From Eledone cirrhosa (Eukaryota): a stretch of DNA of 64,000 bases. Below the pieces are notes generated by a model, which made no database searches, was not told the DNA's origin, and saw nothing but the letters and a program-made list of their open reading frames with translations. The stretch covers positions 177,382,001 through 177,446,000 of the forward strand of contig OZ024740.1 in assembly GCA_964016885.1 (NCBI GenBank), written 5' to 3'. Shown here piece after piece: positions 40,840-54,369 of this stretch. A program made the translations under genes and the position numbers. Within the stretch, counting starts at the first letter, position 1. The number at the start of each line of letters is the position of its first letter.

Positions 40840-42835
40840 TTACTTACCTTCCGGGCTCTTGTGAAGGTCGGGTTGTTCGACCACCATAGTTAGTGAGGTT
40901 TCTTTTGGGAACCCCTTTAAAAGTCTTGAAGTGGGCTTTATTTTCGGGGTTCCCACGTCCCGAGGAAAGCTGTCTGGTATTTCTTTGAATATGTCGAGCG
41001 ACATTCGCACCAGAACCAAATCTTCCGGCACGCGAAATGTGCTCGATTAAAAAATGTCCCCCTCTTTTTGTATATTTTCACTTCGTGCGACGAGGGCCAT
41101 CAGTTCCTTGTTGGCCCTCCTGACGAGCACGAAGTTTTGTATGTTTTCTTGGTGTGATTTTATTTGTTGCGTGGCTGTGGTGGTGATGGTTTTGGTGGTG
41201 TTGTTTCAGTTGTATCTGTATTTGTTGTGAGTGCGGTGTCTGGGGTTTCAGATGTTTGTGTGTATATTAGTTATTGCGTCTGTTTCGGTTGTTTGCGTTT
41301 GGGGGATTCTGGTGATGGTGATGGTGGTGTTGATGTTGGGGTTATTGGAGAGATGTTTGCGTGGGTGGTGTCTGCGTTTTTTTATTATGGGTGCTTTTGT
41401 GCTTTGTTGGGTTTTCTTTTCCTTTTTGTGTTTCCTTTTTTGTATTTTGGGGGATTTTGGATTTCCCTCATTTTCACTACTGGTAGATGAGGGGTCTGTG
41501 TCTGTAAGTGTGTCTGTATGTATGTTTAAGGTTTTATTGGTGTGTGTATTTTGGGGCGGGGGGAGGGGGAATTTGACAGCTTTCCTCGTTTCCCCCCTGG
41601 GTGGTCAATGTTGGTGGTGGTCTTTCTATTGGTGTTGTTGTTGGTGGTTTTGCCGGTGCAGGTATTGGTTGTGGTCCTCGCCCCGGCGTCGGCAGCAGTG
41701 GAGCCTTTCGAACCCTTGCCTCTTTCAGCAGTTGAGGGCAGAAGGCTCGCAAATGGGTTTTTTCCCCACAAACAAAACACTGCGGCCTTTTGCCTTCGGT
41801 CATAATGTGAATGACCGTCCCATTCTGAAGGCGGATGTGGTCTGGGATTGTCTTCACATTCTCGGGCCTGATCTGGAGAAGGATCTCTAGGTCAACCCCG
41901 GACCAGTCCTCTCTGGCCGTTCTGGTCACTTCTATAGGGACTGTATCCGTCCCCTCCACAATCACACATCCAGAAGCCACCACATGTCAAGTCCTGGTGG
42001 GATTCTGGGAATGCAGAGACGGGCCGTTTTTTTCCCATGGGGGAGGGGTACATTATGCCCTTTGCTGGTTTTGCAAGGAGTCATAGCGTGTTTCATAGCG
42101 AGGGCTTCAGTCTTGAACAACACCGAAATGGTGCCCTACTGTCTGCCCCTCTCTATGTACTGGGTGCCTTCTCTGATGCACCTCAGCGCGACTTCGACAT
42201 CTTCTTGTGGTATTAAAGCTGCCCTTTTGGTTTGTGCTGAGATGCATCTATAATGCACCGTTTTGCGCTCCACTGCCTCAATAGCTTCTACCGGGACAGT
42301 TAAGTTGGCCCAGGTTTGCTCTTGCTTGATGAGCTTCCATGCCTGGGCCAACTTTTCATCTTTGTTTGAGAGTTCCATGTTGAAGCATGGCCTCTTTTTG
42401 CTGCTGCCGCAGCGAAAGTGGTCTTGTTGGGGGTGTTGTTGACGTTGTTCTTGTTGGTGTTCTTGTTAGCACTGTCGCTGTTATCATTGTTGTCTTTGTT
42501 GCCACAGTTGTTCTCGGTGCAGTTGGTATTGTTGCTGTTGGTGTTGTCGCTATGTGTTATCATGTTAGTGGTGTTGATATTGTTGTTGTATTTGTTATTT
42601 TTTTTTTGTTATCTGTAATTTCGTTGTCGCTGTTACTGTCATTTTTTTCAAAATTAGATTTCTTATTGGTATCATTGGTGTCTTTGTTTACCTTGTTTGT
42701 GGTGGTGTTTGTGTTATCAATGTGTGTTAATTTCGCTGTAGCGTTCCTCTCAACTTCTTCGTCGTTGTCGCACGACAGCCGACATATCGCTGGGAGGCGT
42801 GGCTCAGCCATTATACTTTTCCCTTCATGGGGCAA
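40840..42835 (-). pseudogene. Tx1 ORF1 (gag-like), broken into several frames
   Basis: CFVCGEKTHLRAFCP (CX2CX4HX4C); N/T-rich low-complexity segments; ends just before the ORF2 ATG. Confidence 0.8.
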
Positions 42836-42971
42836 AGTCTAAGGGCTTATATCCCTTACACAACAAGAAATATTTAACAACAAATAATTTAAACAGGCAA
42901 ATCAAGCGACTTACTGTGATCGAGCAAAATACGTCCGCTTAGACCAATAATAATAATAATAATAATAATAA

Positions 42972-43153
42972 TAATTGTTTCTACTTTAGGCACAAGGCCA
43001 GCAATTAACCAGTGCATTACTGGTACTTTATTTTATCGACCCCGTAAGGATGAAAGGCAAAGTCAACCTCGGCGGGATTTGAACTCAGATCGTAAAGGGA
43101 CGTGACTATGCTGGAAAGCATGGCGTCCGACTCTCTACCGATACTGCCAATCC
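42972..43153 (-). mobile_element. tRNA-derived SINE (young subfamily)
   Basis: Nearly identical to 18130-18304; its (AAT)n tail hosts the Tx1 element. Confidence 0.92.
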
Positions 43154-43169
43154 ACCAATAATAAAAATG

Positions 43170-44318
43170 TACAGTGCGGGAATTCTGAAATGGAATGTTG
43201 CTGAACAAAAAAGAAATGGGTAGGAAGACTAGGAAGCTATTGACTATCTACAACATGTTCCACAAGAGGAGTGATGTAGATAGACTCTACTTAAAGAGAT
43301 CTGAGGGTGGAAGAGGACTTATCAGCATAGAGGACTGTGTTCAGATGGAGAAAAACAACCTGCACAAATACGTGAATGACAGTAGGGAGCCAATGTTCAA
43401 AATTGTACTGAAGGAGAAGACAATAGACCGGGGGATGACCAAGGAGGAAATAACAACAAGGAGGAAGAGCAACCTTCATGAAAAATCCCTTCATAGTACC
43501 TTATTTAGGAAAACTGAATTTAGATATCCACAGACATGGAACTGGTTGAAAAGAGGAGACCTTAAAAAGGCTACAGAAGGAATGCTAATGGCTGCGCAAG
43601 CAGGCCCTCAAAACGAAGTGGCTGAAACACCATATTTACAAGGAGGAGGCTAGCCCACTGTGCAGGATCTGTGGAGAGAGAGAGGAGACTGTCGTTCACA
43701 TTGTATCCGAGTGTAAACACCTAGCCCGGACTCACTATAAAGGCTGGAGACATGATGTGATGGGCAGGGTGATCCACTGGCACCTATGCAAAGTAAACAA
43801 TTTACCACATTCTGAGAAGTGGTATGAGCATAAGCCAGGGTCGGTGATAGAAAACGATCAGGTGAAGGTGCTATGGGATTTTAGGATACAGACGGACAAA
43901 AAATAGGCCTGACCTGGTGGTTTTGGACAAGGAAAAAGGATCGTGCCTGATTGTAGATGTAGCCTGCCCATTTGACACGAAAATGCAAGAAAAGGAGAAG
44001 GAGAAAATTAACCGATACCAGGACTTAAAGTAGGAGTTAAAAAGGATTTGGAACTGCCATGAAGTCAAGGTCGTCCCGATTGTCATAGGTGCACTAGGTA
44101 CTATCTCAAAGGGTTTTCAAGTATGGTTAAAGATGATAAGTCCAGCCCCGCTTTTTGGAACACTTCAAAAGGCATGCTTGCTGGGAACAGTAAGAACCCT
44201 CCGATACGTCCTGAATATCTGAGGCTGCAGGTAGTGGCTTGATATTCATTTCAACAAACCTTCCAGTTAAATAACATCAATGACTGAGACTCAACAAATA
44301 ATAATAATAATAATAATA
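43170..44318 (+). mobile_element. R4/Dong non-LTR retrotransposon 3' part with (AAT)n end
   Basis: SDVDRLYLKRSEGGRGL, CRICGEREETVVHIVSEC, RPDLVV..IVDVACPFD, VPIVIGALG. Confidence 0.93.
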
Positions 44319-44654
44319 GTTTGGCTCCTTCGGTTAAGCACTCTATAGACTTATAATCAATATGCAGAAACAACGCCTGAATATTTCTACAAAGAACATA
44401 CACGTACCTAACAGTAAGACGTGTTTAAAACTAATTATTGAACCAAAGTATCGTCTTCCTGTTTTCCTTCGGTTGCAACGTTTTTCGAAATATTTACTTC
44501 TGCTTCAACAGATTGATTTTATTTAGTCAGAAGATCCCGTTAAGAGTGAAAGCTGCGATTCTTTGCTTAAACTTAAATCTGTTATTTTAATAAACATATA
44601 TATATATATATATTATATCATACTAAAGTGCCCAAAAGGTATCTACTGAAAATG

Positions 44655-44719
<65 letters not shown>

Positions 44720-44721
<2 letters not shown>

Positions 44722-45608
44722 CTCTACGAAGGTCCGACTTCCACACCGATCTCAAGCTGTGGCACGCCGCCCAGGCCTTGCTCTTCCTCTCAACCACATC
44801 ATCTTCCATATTCCCAATCTTTGCTCCCAAATACAGGAAGCCCTCAACCAATTCTAGCGGCTTCCCGCCTACATTAGTGATCCCCTCTGGCTTCTCAACA
44901 TTCTCTACCAGATATTTTGTTTTAGTCTCATTCATTCTCAGCCCCACACTCATCGACACAGTCTCAACCTCCCGCATCAAATCCTCTGCCTCCTTCACTG
45001 TATTTGTCACCAAAACTATGTCGTCGGCAAATTCAGCATCCGATACCTTTTTCGCCCTAACTCTCCTGCTCTGAGCCGGTGCTACAGTAAAGCCAGAGTC
45101 CTGGTGTTTCTCCAGTGCAAGGCGCATACAATAGTCCACTACGAGGATAACATCCGCCTCTTCATTGCTGTAGTGGAGTCTGTGCTGCTGTATGGGTCTG
45201 AGACTTGGACACTGACCAAGAAACTCACTCAGATGGTGGATGGGTGCTACACGAGAATGCTGAGGATGGCTCTGAACATTAATCAGTATACACTGAGGAT
45301 GAAAAACTCAGAGCTGTATGGGAGCATCCCAAAAGTCAGCTCAAAAGTGACACAGAGGAGACTGAGGTTGGCTGGACATGCTTACCGACATCCAGAGTTG
45401 ACATTGTACTCAGTGCTCCTTTGGGAGCCTCTAAATGGACACACTAGAAGAGGAAGACCAAGGTTAACGTATGTTGATGCCCTAAGGACAGACACTGGTC
45501 TGTTGGAGACGCAGGACATGGCAGCGATAATGAGGGACAGAGACTGCTGGAGAGAACTCGTCCATGGATCTCGGGAATTTTACCCGCCTTAGAATAGAAG
45601 AATAGAAT
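44720..45608. mobile_element. RTE LINE with 5' inversion (44720-45139 minus; 45140-45608 plus)
   Basis: Minus EFADDIVLV..FLYLG..VWKSDLRRD; plus IRLFIAVVESVLLYGSETW..RRGRP; tagaa-type tail. Confidence 0.88.
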
Positions 45609-46602
45609 ATATGTGTGTGTGTGTGTGTACTTCGTCTAACATAACGACACTGAATTCCGTTCATATTGAAACCAGAAGTGCATCCTTTATCATGACAATA
45701 TAAACAACAGCTAGGGTATAATCAGATGAGTCCCTTATCATAGAAAGAATGCATACGCCCAATATTGACATATGCTAAAAATATAGATCACCAGGACATA
45801 TGCAATTTTGAAAAGCATTAAACAAATCATTAACATCCCCTTCAACTCTATATATTTATATACATATATAAATAGATTTTTATAGAATTTTAAATAAAAA
45901 ATACCGAATGATCAACACATGGTCAAAACACCTTAGCCAAAGAAAATTCACATTCTGGAGATTACTAACAAAGAGAAGATCTGCGGACACTGTATCAACC
46001 TCAAATCTACTGATATAACTGACGGTAGAAGACGGTAGAAGAAAATCCAATTAATGGGGAATTAATACCAATAAAGCAACTCTTACATAAACTGCCCTTT
46101 GAAAAGATACGAAACGAAATGAAACTAATGAAACTATGATCTAGCAGAAATGAACACAATAAAACAAAGTCAAAGAACACAGGAAACTAGTTACTCACAT
46201 TTATAAATTATGCAAAGAAGAATGCGAAAACTGCTTTCCTTACAAAGATGGGAGAAAACTGAAAACTCGTTTTCAATCTATGATACAGAATGTAAAAAAA
46301 AAAAAAGTAGGACACTAGAAAGAAAACTAGAACCAACAACGAAAGTGTACACAACACAAAACCAATGTCCAGCTTAACAAAGAAAATCATTTTCCCTACA
46401 CACACTCACCCCATATATATAGTCAAGCTATCGAGACCATATGAAATACATTTTCCATGATCTCGGTTGCTGACAATTACTGACTCAATAAAATATAGTT
46501 TGTAATCTAACTACAAAAAAACAAAACAAAAAAATACATTCTCCATTCCTCCCTCTTCTCACTCTCTCTATCTTTCTAGTTCATTTTTTATTTCTCATTC
46601 TA

Positions 46603-46638
46603 TCTTCTGATGAAGGTCTAGTGTCCGAAATATAAAGG
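46603..46638 (+). ncRNA. Minimal type-I hammerhead with weak stem II
   Basis: tctt-CTGATGA-aggtctagtgtcc-GAAA-ta-TA|aagg; a more decayed relative lies at 60471. Confidence 0.6.
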
Positions 46639-47028
46639 CACATTTCCTAATATATCAAGTGTTAAAATAATATATTTCTTCATTGTACTGTGTCGATTGC
46701 ATACAAGTCAAACATTATACGTACTATTTGTTCTGAAATTTATTAAAATAAAAGCAGGGTTTGAACAATTACTTTTCATCATTTTTCGACACAATTCTTC
46801 CAGAGGACCACAAGCTTTCATGCATCTTGATATCAGCCTGTCTGTATAATATTCTGTAAAATTGGGTAACTGTGCATTCTTTTCGTTTTTCGCTGACGAA
46901 TTTACAATACACAATTTCACAAAACTTTGACTACTAATTTTCTCCGTGTCGGGGAAAATTAGTAAAATATCTAAATATTTATTTTAGTATATGTGACCTG
47001 TATATATTTTCGAGTGTTTATTCATTTC

Positions 47029-47075
<47 letters not shown>

Positions 47076-47224
47076 GGAAAATTTGAACAGGAACAAAACA
47101 GAGAGGCAGTACAACGAATGTTTATTAATTTCACGCTCTTGAGAGTGGGGTGGTGGTGATGTGTGTGTGTGGAGGTATGCATATATGAGTGTATATATGT
47201 ATGCATGTATACATGTATACAAAC

Positions 47225-47303
<79 letters not shown>

Positions 47304-47564
47304 AGAGATATGTACATGTATAGTGTGTCAAGTGTGTCAAGACTTATCACGGATACTAACTATTAATGTTTTCCGTTTACGATAACGCATGCGTATGCAC
47401 GCGAACTCTATCTCACTCTCTTGCATACTCACCCTCTATCTCTCTTTCTTTCTCAATCACACATATGCTTACACAAACGCAAATACTGTCAAATATACAT
47501 ACACAATTATAATTTATATACAATATATATATTTCTATGTATGTTTACATGTATAAATGTATAC

Positions 47565-47613
<49 letters not shown>

Positions 47614-47616
<3 letters not shown>

Positions 47617-48917
47617 GGTGTTCGGGATAAATTTGACAGAATAATATTTGATTGTTTTTTCAGATGTTTTAAATTCATTCATGCCCACTCGGCTTTATTT
47701 GAAAGTTTAAACCCTCCTTCATTCATATATGTGATGACAACGAGAATGGATGACTGGGAGCCACCTGAATCATGGAAGAGAATAACTTGTATCATGATGA
47801 TTCGCGCCGGCCATCAAAATAAGGAGATTATGGTCGCTGCTCAATGCTCCCTGAACACTATAAAAAACAATCCGGCATGAACTGGAGAATTGCAATGGAG
47901 ACTACGAGGCTGTGGCTAGAAGAAAGAAACATAACAGAAGATCTGATTGCTCTCGCACAGCAGAATTCATCGAAAATCTGCAGAAAAAAGTGTTGGAGGA
48001 CCCTGGCATCGGAATTCGGTCTTTGTCGCGTGAATTGAATGTTTCAGCCTCTACTATGAAAGTTGCACTCAATGAAGACCTTCGCTACTACTCATACAAG
48101 CGTCGCAGAGGTCAACTTCTCACAGAAAAGGCCCGCGAAAATCGTCTGACAAAGGCGAAGAAACTTCTGAGCAAAGTGAAACATCCTGCTGAAGCACAAA
48201 CAATCTGGTTCTTTTCCGATGAGAAAAAGTTTTGCCAAGATCAAAAACACAACATGCAGAATAACAGATGACTTGCATACAGTCCAAAGGACACTCCTCG
48301 AGTCATGCAGACTAAATTTTCCCAAACTGTCATGGTTTTGGGATGTGTGTCCTCCGAGGGTGATGTGATGCCTCCGCATTTTTTCAAACAAGGTCTCAGG
48401 TTGAATTCAGATGCCTACGTGGAATTGCTAACTACTGTAGTTAAGCCCTGGATAACAAGGGTAGCCAATAATAGGCCGTATGTATGGCAGCAGGATTCGG
48501 CCCCCTGCCACACCTCGGGGAAAAGTCAAAAATGGTTGTCAGCCAATTTTTACGACTACACCAGTCCCAATGTTTGGCCTCCGAACTCCCCTGATCTTAA
48601 CCCGATGGACTATTATGTATGGGGCGCTGTAGAGAAAGACACCAATTGCCGTGCCAGTACTACAAAAGCCCAGTTAATCGACAGAATTAAAGTAGTTTTT
48701 GAGGGCCTTCCCAGGGAAAGTGTAAAATCAGCTTGCTCCAGGTTCTGGGCCCGGATTGAGGCTGTAATAGACGCTAATGGCGGTTATTTTGAGTAAAACT
48801 CTTTGACAATAGTGTAATTTCCTTGTCCATTGAATTTTTTTTAAATCAAATAAATTTTGTAGATACCAAGCACTTTTTCTTTTTCCTGATGAAACTGTCA
48901 AATTTATCCCGAACACC

Positions 48918-48920
<3 letters not shown>
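47614..48920 (+). mobile_element. Tc1/mariner DD37D (maT-type) transposon, full length
   Basis: Perfect 26-bp TIRs cagggtgttcgggataaatttgacag; TA target within (TA)n. Confidence 0.96.
47746..48796 (+). pseudogene. DD37D transposase with one frameshift (~47875) and one TGA (48269-48271)
   Basis: WFFSDEKKF, WQQDSAPCH, WPPNSPDLNPMDY; 37 residues counted between the second and third Asp. Confidence 0.93.
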
Positions 48921-48967
<47 letters not shown>

Positions 48968-49049
48968 ATAATAATAAAATTGAAGACTAAAATCCAAAGA
49001 GGGCTCGATAAGGAAAATATATATCAAATATATAAGAACCGTAGAGCAA

Positions 49050-49187
49050 ATATTTATTAAAATAACAGATTAAAGTATAAGCAAAGAATCGCTGCTTTCA
49101 CCCTTAACGGGATCTTCTGAAAACTCCCGTTAAGGGTGAAAGCAGCGATTCTTTGCTTATACTTTAATCTGTTATTTTAATAAATAT
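49050..49187. repeat. Perfect fold-back, 63-bp arms, 12-nt spacer, followed by (TA)n
   Basis: 49050-49112 is the reverse complement of 49125-49187; a single-arm relative lies at 44527-44600. Confidence 0.95.
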
Positions 49188-49205
49188 ATATATATATATA
49201 TACGC

Positions 49206-49236
<31 letters not shown>

Positions 49237-49296
49237 TGTTTGTGTTTGTGTGTGTGTGTGTGTGTGTGTGCGTGTGTGTGTGTGTGTGCGTGTGTG

Positions 49297-49327
<31 letters not shown>

Positions 49328-49385
49328 TAAACGTAAAAAAAATAACAAAGCAAACGACACATTGCATTGAAGAAATATATATATA

Positions 49386-49743
49386 CTAGCTGACGTACCC
49401 AGCTTCGCCCGGATAAACAGAAGATAAGAGAAGACAGGTAAAAGAGAAAATGACTGCATTGGGTGTTTGTCTGGTTACAGTATGGGGCGAGTCCGTGGTG
49501 GCTATGTGATACAAAAAAAAAAGTTTTAAAAAACTTCAAGATATACCAGATTCTTCGTTGTACCGTTTGTGCATAGTATATGAACAATTCTAGGTGCTCC
49601 CACCTAGAATAGTGACCTCTAGGAGATGGTTCATCTTCTGACTGACTGTAAAACGTGTATCATTGTATAGACGTGGTTGTTCCACGTTTCTCAAAAGGAT
49701 GATGGAGATTCCAATCTTTTATATATGTAGATATAGATATAGA
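49386..49743 (-). mobile_element. Non-autonomous Helitron
   Basis: Minus strand starts TC(tata), ends with GC hairpin ccgggcgaagctggg and CTAG, between A and T. Confidence 0.7.
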
Positions 49744-49754
49744 TAATTAATATA

Positions 49755-50501
49755 AAAGATGATACTCAGCCAGTTCGTCTTCAACCATCGCAGCACGTCG
49801 TCGCTGCTTGGCTCCAGTGTTTCGTTGGCGTTGTTCAGCCAGCTCCTCTTCATTCATGACGGCATATCTACGCCTCTGAAGTTCGGCGTTCCGATGGCGC
49901 TGTTCGGCCCGTTTTTCTTCATTCCTGGCTGCACGGCGTCGTCGCTGTAGTTCACTGTTTGATAAAGTCGAATTGCTTTTATTATCAGTATTCATTTCGA
50001 GCAATTGTCAAAAAATGACACAATAATAAATATAAAAATGTCCGTCAATGTAAAAAAAGGTCCCTATTTACTCCTTTCATAACTCTGTGTATGTTAGACT
50101 GACAGACAGGCACACAGACAGATAAACTGCGTGGCGATTGTGGAACGCCCCACGTACACACACATACACGCATGGAAACGCACGCAAACTTATACACGCA
50201 CCCGTGCACTTACACACACTTACACATGATTGATAGTTTTTACTTTCTGTGGAACGCTGCACGCACGCACACACACATAAACATACGCGCACGTACATAC
50301 ACACGTACACATGGTAATAGTTGCAGCGTTCATTTTGCCTCTGTTTCTTACTCTCCCCTCTCACTCCCTCATTGGCATTATGCGTAATAATTTAAGTTTG
50401 GCGCCGTTGAGGTGGGCGGAATCGTTTGAAACCTATGAACCAATGATAATCGAGAATTATGACACACGGAATACTGACATTTTTGAAAACTAATATATAG
50501 A
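49755..50501 (-). mobile_element. Helitron 5' portion with start of RepHel-like R/E-rich repeats
   Basis: 5' TCtatatat start; ORF 49747-50004 QRRRRAARNEEKRAEQRHRN repeats. Confidence 0.55.
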
Positions 50502-51131
50502 TACATTTATTTTCTAGCGTCCTCCCGTCCTTCGTCCCCGTCTGCACTGTGCTCAAATCTATTCATTAGGCATCTATTGTCATCTGTCGCAATGTCCATT
50601 TTCTTTAGAATAAAAGACGTTCAAAGGTATTTAAATATTAAATAGCATAATTTAAAAAATGTATTTAGAATATCTAAATTCAGAAAGTAATAATGAAAGA
50701 AATAGAAAGATGTATTCTATGAAAATTATAAAGCATTTACAGAACTTCAGGGATCACTTGTGAGAGATTTTGTTGATGGCATTCACTGTGATGATTTGGG
50801 GTGGGGCGTCAAGAATTTCTCTTTCACCCAGCCACTCCTAATTGGAATGGTGGATTTGGAAATTGGGAACACTTAATTAATTAAGCTTACAACTCTTTAC
50901 ATCTTTACACCGAAGGATCAAAACATCCTTCAGTATCAAGGGATTACTTTTCTATGAATTTAAACAGCCGAGATGTACTTATCTGTAAATCCGAGTGTCA
51001 CCCCACCTCCTTCTCGTTTCTTTTATTTTCACTGAAAAAATCTCCGAGACTGGGAAGATCCGAGGTTTCCTCTGCCCCCATTTAATTTTCGGAAAAGAAG
51101 GCGATATATATATATCTATCTATATATATAT

Positions 51132-51285
<154 letters not shown>

Positions 51286-51364
51286 CATATATATAATCAA
51301 GGTTTAGCAAATAAGAAAAAGTTTTAAAATAAATTTAAAAAAATTCACTGTACCTGCTATGGTT

Positions 51365-51449
51365 ACTTTTACCGTACGGTTTCGAGTCTCAAAAATAAAT
51401 GGATACTCCTACGGGTCTCCATTGAAAAGAAAAACTCTCGTCAGAAGGT
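51365..51449 (-). ncRNA. Type-I hammerhead ribozyme with long stem II
   Basis: acctt-CTGACGA-gagtttt..gagactc-GAAA-ccgtacgg-TA|aaagt; palindromic stem III. Confidence 0.82.
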
Positions 51450-51652
51450 TCTTTTCACTCGGAGAATATAAAATTCTCGAGTTCGATTTACGAACTGGCG
51501 CTATTCCAAATTGTTCCCGAGATGAGAATGAATGATGTAGAAGCAATTCTGTCCAGTGCCGTGTGCAAAGATAGGAGGCGGAGAGGTCAATCTACTACCA
51601 CTATAAATAGCAGCAGTCAAAACGACCAAATGTTATCTCGACCAGGGGGAGA

Positions 51653-51692
<40 letters not shown>

Positions 51693-52084
51693 CCGAACTT
51701 ATATTCATGGAAATTTGGGACTTGACTCGTTCTTCCTCACTTTTCATTGCTTCACCATCTTGTTTGTTTACACTCTCGTGTCCCCTTTATTTACGTGTCC
51801 CAACCACTTTTTTTAGCCGTTGCTCGCTCCAACCGGAGGTATATGGTCTTTAAAGCGATGAAATACCAATGATGGTTGGAAGATCACTGATGAAGGACTA
51901 ACTTTATTCATATATATAAGAAGGAAAATAATAGAAAAATGTATTCTACGAAAATTATAAAACATATACAGAACTTCAGTATACACAATGTTTTTTACTT
52001 TTTTTCTTTGGAGAATATGAAGTGTTTGTGGGGTTTTCCTATCTGTAATGATCTACATTCAGTTGACCATGTGAGAAGCATCAT

Positions 52085-52640
52085 TCTTTTAGATGGAAAC
52101 CGATATCCTATAGAGTTTGACCTTGGGGCTTGTTAAAGGTCATTACGTAACTGACTTTCACTGGGAATTGCAATCGTTTGAAACGAAAGGGGACATTTAT
52201 TGATATTAGCAGCATTCTATGTATCAATGCGACGTTTCCCTTTCCACATCCAGTAAGGATTTTAGCTTCGATAATGTGGGACTGTAATTCCCATAATAAT
52301 ACGCGTCCCATTACACAATCTTGGCTGCTTCATGTTTCTGAGAAGAATGGTGACTGTGCCCTTCTCTAATTCAAGGTTGTGTGGCACCATAGGGGATTAT
52401 TTTATCTATGTTAATTAACAGACACATCTTTAGCTGTAGAGGTCTGTGTCAAGTTGATTTTGGCTGCTTTCAAATTCATTCTCCAACAGGCCGATATCGT
52501 CTGCATATTGCAAGTCACCAACACGGGGCCTTTAATAGCCGCCTCTATTTCAGCCTTAGTGTTAATGTTGAAATCATGTTCAACGAGGAGAATTCCTCTT
52601 CTTGCTATAACTGGTGGTGTATTTAAGAGATTCAAAATAT
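52085..52640 (-). mobile_element. Helitron PIF1-helicase fragment
   Basis: IIEAKILTGCGKGNVALIHRMLL..PFRFKRLQFPVKVSYVMTFNKPQGQTL. Confidence 0.88.
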
Positions 52641-52999
52641 ATACATTCCGTTTGCAATTGATTCTGTAGCATGCTACTTTAGTGCTGGTGTTAATTAAGT
52701 CTAGTCAGTTATGTCCGTACTATATACTATATACTCCCAATTAATATGAGGCAGTGGAATAAGCAGGGGGAGATAAGTGGGGGAGTTGTGATAAGTGGGA
52801 AGAGGGGGATCGGAAATTCGGTAATTTTTCTAGGGTGTCTTTTTATAACGTGTGGGATTTCTTGTAATGTATATTTTTTGTCATATAAAATGTGTTTTTA
52901 ATATCTAAAGAAAATTAATCCACGCAGGAATGCTACATCGAGTTCGACCTAAGACATCGAGGAATGAAAAAAAATGTCGTTATACTAACGGAATTTTAC

Positions 53000-53086
<87 letters not shown>

Positions 53087-53146
53087 CATATATATACATA
53101 TATATATATATATACATATATACATATAATAAAATGTGGAGAGGAA

Positions 53147-53247
<101 letters not shown>

Positions 53248-53453
53248 TATGTGCACGTATATACATATATGTATACAGACGTACAGTAGTATGTATATAT
53301 ATATATACATACATGCACACATATATATATGCACGTATGGATTCACCGAACATTTATTATAATGCTCGGTCTGTCTGTAAAAAAAAAACACCCCGTATTA
53401 AGCCGTAGTGTCCAGCAACCATCGTTGCTCGTTTGTTCAACACTGACAAAGGA

Positions 53454-53496
53454 ACGCTGTACTAGTTTCAAGCTTATTAGCTATCGTCAGCAACGT
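53454..53496 (-). ncRNA. Minimal type-I hammerhead ribozyme
   Basis: acgttg-CTGACGA-t-agct-aata-agct-t-GAAA-ctag-TA|cagcgt. Confidence 0.85.
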
Positions 53497-53874
53497 ATAC
53501 ATTCCTGCCAGATTGTTGAACGTATATACTTATGGTTGCTGGAAACTACGGCTTAATACGGGAGGTTTGTTTTTTTACAGACACACCGAGCATTATAATA
53601 CATGTTCGGTGAATCCATACGTGCATATATATATGTGTGCATGTATGTATATATATATACATACTACTGTACGTCTGTATACATATATGTGCACATACTT
53701 ATGTTTAAGTAACAGCCGTACTAAGAGTGGGAAATGAAATTTCGTTTCATTTTTTCCGTTTATCGTTTTCGGTGCACCCGACCGATTAACCCACTCGATA
53801 TGCAAATTGGGCTACTCAGCTGTTAATATGCATAAGATAAGTATATACGTTCAACAATCTGGCAGGAAGGTATT

Positions 53875-53915
53875 CGTTGCTGACGATAGCTAATAAGCTT
53901 GAAACTAGTACAGCG
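53875..53915 (+). ncRNA. Minimal type-I hammerhead ribozyme
   Basis: cgttg-CTGACGA-t-agct-aata-agct-t-GAAA-ctag-TA|cagcg. Confidence 0.85.
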
Positions 53916-54122
53916 TTCCTTTTTTTACAGACACACGGTGAATCAATACGTGCATATATATATATGTGTGCATGTATGTATATATATATATACATACTAC
54001 TGTACGTCTCTATACATATATGTATGTACGTGCATATACTTATATTTAAGTAACAGCCGTACTAAGAGTGGGAAATGAAATTCGTTTCATTTTTTCCGTT
54101 TATATATATATACATATATATA

Positions 54123-54157
<35 letters not shown>

Positions 54158-54207
54158 GTATCTATCTCACTATATATATATATTTATATATATATATATG
54201 TATATAA

Positions 54208-54353
<146 letters not shown>

Positions 54354-54369
54354 ATATATATAGTACGTT

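Larger units (their letters stand above)
37416..42944 (-). mobile_element. Near full-length L1/Tx1-clade retrotransposon flanked by (AAT)n
   Basis: ORF1 with CCHC knuckle; ORF2 with APE, RT and zinc knuckle; AATAAA at the 3' end; ccaataataat on both flanks. Confidence 0.93.
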
